From assembly GCA_038065855.1 (NCBI GenBank), contig JBBTQD010000007.1, positions 1 through 55,249 on the forward strand: DNA of 55,249 nt. The letters are read 5' to 3'. Source of the stretch: Patescibacteria group bacterium. GTDB lineage: Bacteria > Patescibacteriota > Minisyncoccia > 2-02-FULL-40-12. The notes beneath the pieces are model-generated. The model worked only from the letters and a program-made list of their open reading frames with translations, was not told the origin of the DNA and searched no databases. A program made the translations under genes and the position numbers. Of the stretch, positions 52,677 to 55,249 are shown one piece after another (positions within the stretch are counted from its first letter, which is position 1; the number at the start of each line of letters is the position of its first letter).

Positions 52677-55249
52677 TTAAATTTTCAAAGGCAACATCTT
52701 TTTCCGACCCCATAAATAGCCAAAAATAAAAGCTAAAACAATCAAACCGAAAGAAAGCGCTCCGCCTTTTACGCCGGTAAAAATATTAGCAAAAAAGTTG
52801 CCTCCTGCCCCCGCTTGGCTATCTTTAACCGAAAACCAGGCTGAAGCCGGCTCGCTAAAATTGCCTAAAGAATTATTCGCGTGAACCCACCAGCTATACT
52901 TTTCACCCGGCTCAACATCAATCGAAAGCTTATTTTCGGTTAATCCGTTTATACAGACGTAATGAGAATTATCAGGACAGTTGTTTCTTTTGTCGCGCAA
53001 AGTTGAATTCAAGAAATCAACCCTGACGGCATAGCTTTTTGCGCCTTTTACCGAATCCCATTTTAATTGAACTGAATTAGTAGAACTGGAAAATTCTTTC
53101 CCTTTAGGCGAAACTTTTTCCGGAGCTTTAATGATTAAAGTACCAGAACCATTAGACGCGGCCTTGACCCTGCTAATCGCGGTTTTAACCCAGTTAGATT
53201 TTACTTCGGCTGCCGGGGGATCAACTAAACAACTGCCGCGAGCTACCCTTCCAGTTGCATCCGTAGCAGTAATTGTGACCGTATGAATGCCCGGAACATG
53301 CACCGCCCGCCTGATGACTTTTCCTGTCCCGGAAAATATTCCACTCCAGACAAAGCTTACTGGTTCCACTCCGCCGGTTTGGCCGGCGGCCAAAGTTGTT
53401 TCCTGGCCAAGAGAAACGATAAACGGACTGGCCACGCAGGAAACGGTAAAAGGCAGAATGGTAATAGGAGCTGAAGTTACGAATACGGTAACGCTGTCAG
53501 AAGCTGAACCCCGGCTGTTGCTGCAATTTATTGTATAGGTAGCAGTAAAAGAGGGCGAAACCGTTTCGCTGCCGGATATGGGTTTAGAGCCGGACCAGTT
53601 GTTTGAAGCAGAACAGGAAAAAGCATTAGTTGAACTCCAAATCAAGGCGCTTGAAGCCCCCTGATTTATGCTTATCGGGTTAGCCGTAATATCCACGCCG
53701 GGCAAGCCCCCGCCGTCGTCTATGACATTGACTGTTATCTGGGCTGAAGCGGTACCGCCTGATCCAGAACAGTTTATCCTGAAAATAGTGGTTTGATTTA
53801 AACTGATAGTTTCGCTTCCAGAAATATTTCTCGTCCCGAACCAGCCATCGCCTTGAGCAATGCAGGACGTGGCATTAATGCTATTCCAAGTAAGAATAGA
53901 GGTTTCTCCCCGCCTGATTGTTGATGGATTGGCGATCAAGCTGACTGTCGGCCCTGAAACAACCAAACTGTCTCTAGTAACTGTAACAGTAGTTTGGGCC
54001 GTGGCCGAAGATCCGGATGCATTACTGCAGGAAATGCGGTAAACGGTTGTTTGATTCGGAAATACAGTTTCATTTCCTGAAACTGCTCTAACTCCAAACC
54101 AGGCATCACCTATAGCTACACAGGCACTGGCGTTAGAAGACACCCAGCTCAATATCGAGCTTGAGCCTTCTTTAATCACCGGCGGATTAGAAACTAAACT
54201 TACTGAAACTGGCTGAGGAGTAGGAGTAGGTATAGGTGTAGGAGTTGGTGTAGGAGTTGGTGTAGGAGTTGGAGTTGGAGTAGGGGTTGGCGTAGGCGTA
54301 GGAGTTGGAGTAGGGGTTGGACTTGGAGTTGGGGCAGGAGTTGGAGTAGGAGTCACAGGCGGCTCTGTAACAAAAACAATCACTGAATCAGTATCTGAAA
54401 ATCCAGAACTATTGCTACAAGTTATCCTGAAAACGGTTGTATTAATCGGGGAGACAACTTCTGTTCCTGAAAGCGGACGAATTCCAAACCAGCCATTGAT
54501 CGCAACGCAGAAACTGGCGTTAGAAGAAGACCAGCTTAAAACTGAAGAATTCCCTCTGACTATGGTTGTGGGATTAGCGACAAGATTAACTGAAACTGGC
54601 TGAGGAGTCGGCGGTGTAGGCGTAGGTGTAGGTGTAGGGCTTGGAGTTGGAGTAGGGGTTGGAGTAGGGGTTGGAGTTGGAATAGGAGTAGGTGTAGGAG
54701 TTGGGCATACTGAAGAAACAGCGGTATGAACATTATTACTGTATATCCAATTCTGGAAATTATTGTACTCCCTGGAAGTTATTCTTGCCTGATTAGGCAA
54801 ATCAAAAACAGAACAATTCGGTTGATCCTTTAATCGCGCCGTCCAACTTACCCAGCCATACTCGCCAGGTAAAAGATCAAATGCGTTCCAAGATATAACA
54901 TTGCCTGAAAAACTTCCCGCTGAAACATCATTTGAATGAGTACTATCTATAAATATGAGCCTAGTATCTACGTCGTCTTCAACTCTTACGCCGGTACCAG
55001 TACAACTTCTATCACCAGAGTTATGGAAATTTAATGTATAAGTTATCACGTTCCCGGGATTTGCAGCTGTCCTATCAACATGTTTAACAAGATTCAATAT
55101 ACATCCTGCTGGAGTCGGGCTAGGTGTAGGCGTAGGTGTAGGGCTTGGAGTTGGGATTGGAGTAGGGGTTGGACTTGGCGTAGGGCTAGAAGTAGGAGTT
55201 GGGGCAGGAGTTGGAGTAGGAGTCACAGGCGGCTCTGTAACAAAAACAA
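52677..55249 (-). CDS. very large cell-surface protein, N-terminally partial: PT-rich linkers, DUF11-like domain, four or more Cys-pair Ig-like repeats, PKD-like and FN3-like domains, C-terminal TM anchor
   Basis: The frame stays open to the window edge: codons upstream of the track start read VFVTEPP, identical to an internal repeat end. Long (PT)n linkers. About 80-aa repeats of pattern ANP..I..G.S..L.W.S.NA..C ... W.G ... SG.E.V ... T..Y.I.CSN..G. C-terminal [20 protein letters not shown]. Confidence 0.7.
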   Translation of the reverse strand, partial: VFVTEPPVTPTPTPAPTPTSSPTPSPTPTPIPTPSPTPTPTPSPTPAGCILNLVKHVDRTAANPGNVITYTLNFHNSGDRSCTGTGVRVEDDVDTRLIFIDSTHSNDVSAGSFSGNVISWNAFDLLPGEYGWVSWTARLKDQPNCSVFDLPNQARITSREYNNFQNWIYSNNVHTAVSSVCPTPTPTPIPTPTPTPTPTPTPSPTPTPTPTPPTPQPVSVNLVANPTTIVRGNSSVLSWSSSNASFCVAINGWFGIRPLSGTEVVSPINTTVFRITCSNSSGFSDTDSVIVFVTEPPVTPTPTPAPTPSPTPTPTPTPTPTPTPTPTPTPTPTPTPTPIPTPTPQPVSVSLVSNPPVIKEGSSSILSWVSSNASACVAIGDAWFGVRAVSGNETVFPNQTTVYRISCSNASGSSATAQTTVTVTRDSLVVSGPTVSLIANPSTIRRGETSILTWNSINATSCIAQGDGWFGTRNISGSETISLNQTTIFRINCSGSGGTASAQITVNVIDDGGGLPGVDITANPISINQGASSALIWSSTNAFSCSASNNWSGSKPISGSETVSPSFTATYTINCSNSRGSASDSVTVFVTSAPITILPFTVSCVASPFIVSLGQETTLAAGQTGGVEPVSFVWSGIFSGTGKVIRRAVHVPGIHTVTITATDATGRVARGSCLVDPPAAEVKSNWVKTAISRVKAASNGSGTLIIKAPEKVSPKGKEFSSSTNSVQLKWDSVKGAKSYAVRVDFLNSTLRDKRNNCPDNSHYVCINGLTENKLSIDVEPGEKYSWWVHANNSLGNFSEPASAWFSVKDSQAGAGGNFFANIFTGVKGGALSFGLIVLAFIFGYLWGRKKMLPLKI

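Noticed and set aside
54180-54700. Highly regular short DNA repeats (GGAGTTGGAGTAGGxGTTGG...) that at first glance resemble a repeat-spacer array.
   Set aside because: They are the antisense of (Pro-Thr)n linker codons inside one continuous ORF. There are no constant-length unique spacers and no cas genes, so this is not CRISPR.
1-55249. Possible alternative genetic code (UGA recoding), as in some CPR lineages.
   Set aside because: All recognisable genes reach expected lengths under the standard code. TGA terminates many of them at conserved C-termini, often within ATGA overlaps (3417, 5899, 6147, 16677, 22919, 32685, 38051, 46193, 47845).

Overview
This is a compact, gene-dense, moderately AT-rich bacterial chromosome segment. 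It reads cleanly in the standard genetic code: TGA is used as a stop and many genes join through ATGA start/stop overlaps. Almost everything is housekeeping. All annotation below rests on manual motif reading, with no searches or folding programs run.

Gene content:
- Six aminoacyl-tRNA synthetase genes: proS, lysS, serS, an alaS catalytic fragment, gltX and cysS.
- The infA-rpmJ-rpsM-rpsK-rpsD-rpoA-rplQ-rplM-rpsI ribosomal/RNAP cluster, plus rplI, rpmA, rplU, frr, efp, def-fmt and greA.
- Replication and repair: dnaB, holB, PolX, a mini MGMT and an EndoQ-like PHP protein.
- Envelope and division: murG, two mreB paralogs, PBP2, an FtsQ-like protein, rseP, ctpA, two coiled-coil peptidoglycan hydrolases and a GT4 glycosyltransferase.
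- Proteases and others: lon, an S8 protease, a presenilin-like protease, mnmA, an NDH-2-like oxidoreductase and transporters.
- Two tRNAs: Arg-CCG and Glu-CTC.
- I found no rRNA, CRISPR array, transposase or prophage.

Lineage (inference only): the downsized proteins and the absence of biosynthetic genes fit a Candidate Phyla Radiation / Patescibacteria-type genome. Examples are a 111 aa L13, a 411 aa ProRS without the INS domain, an AlaRS reduced to its catalytic part, and an RpoA without an alpha-CTD.

Most interesting observations:
1. Two families of dispersed intergenic elements.
   - One is a 30-60 nt repeat present three times. Twice it sits just downstream of a housekeeping gene and upstream of a small ORF with atypical codon usage.
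   - The other is a hairpin element with a GGTGGAGG loop, whose stem is supported by a compensatory base-pair swap.
2. RpoA ends in a canonical AT-hook (KKKRGRPRK) where the alpha-CTD should be.
3. A very large PT-linker surface protein carries tandem Cys-pair Ig-like repeats and continues past the window edge.
4. AlaRS and ProRS both lack their editing domains.
5. A presenilin / signal-peptide-peptidase-like intramembrane protease is present.
6. A 22-nt palindromic motif recurs and overlaps a -10 box.
7. An inverted-repeat-bounded, alternatively pairing 182-nt element lies immediately upstream of proS.
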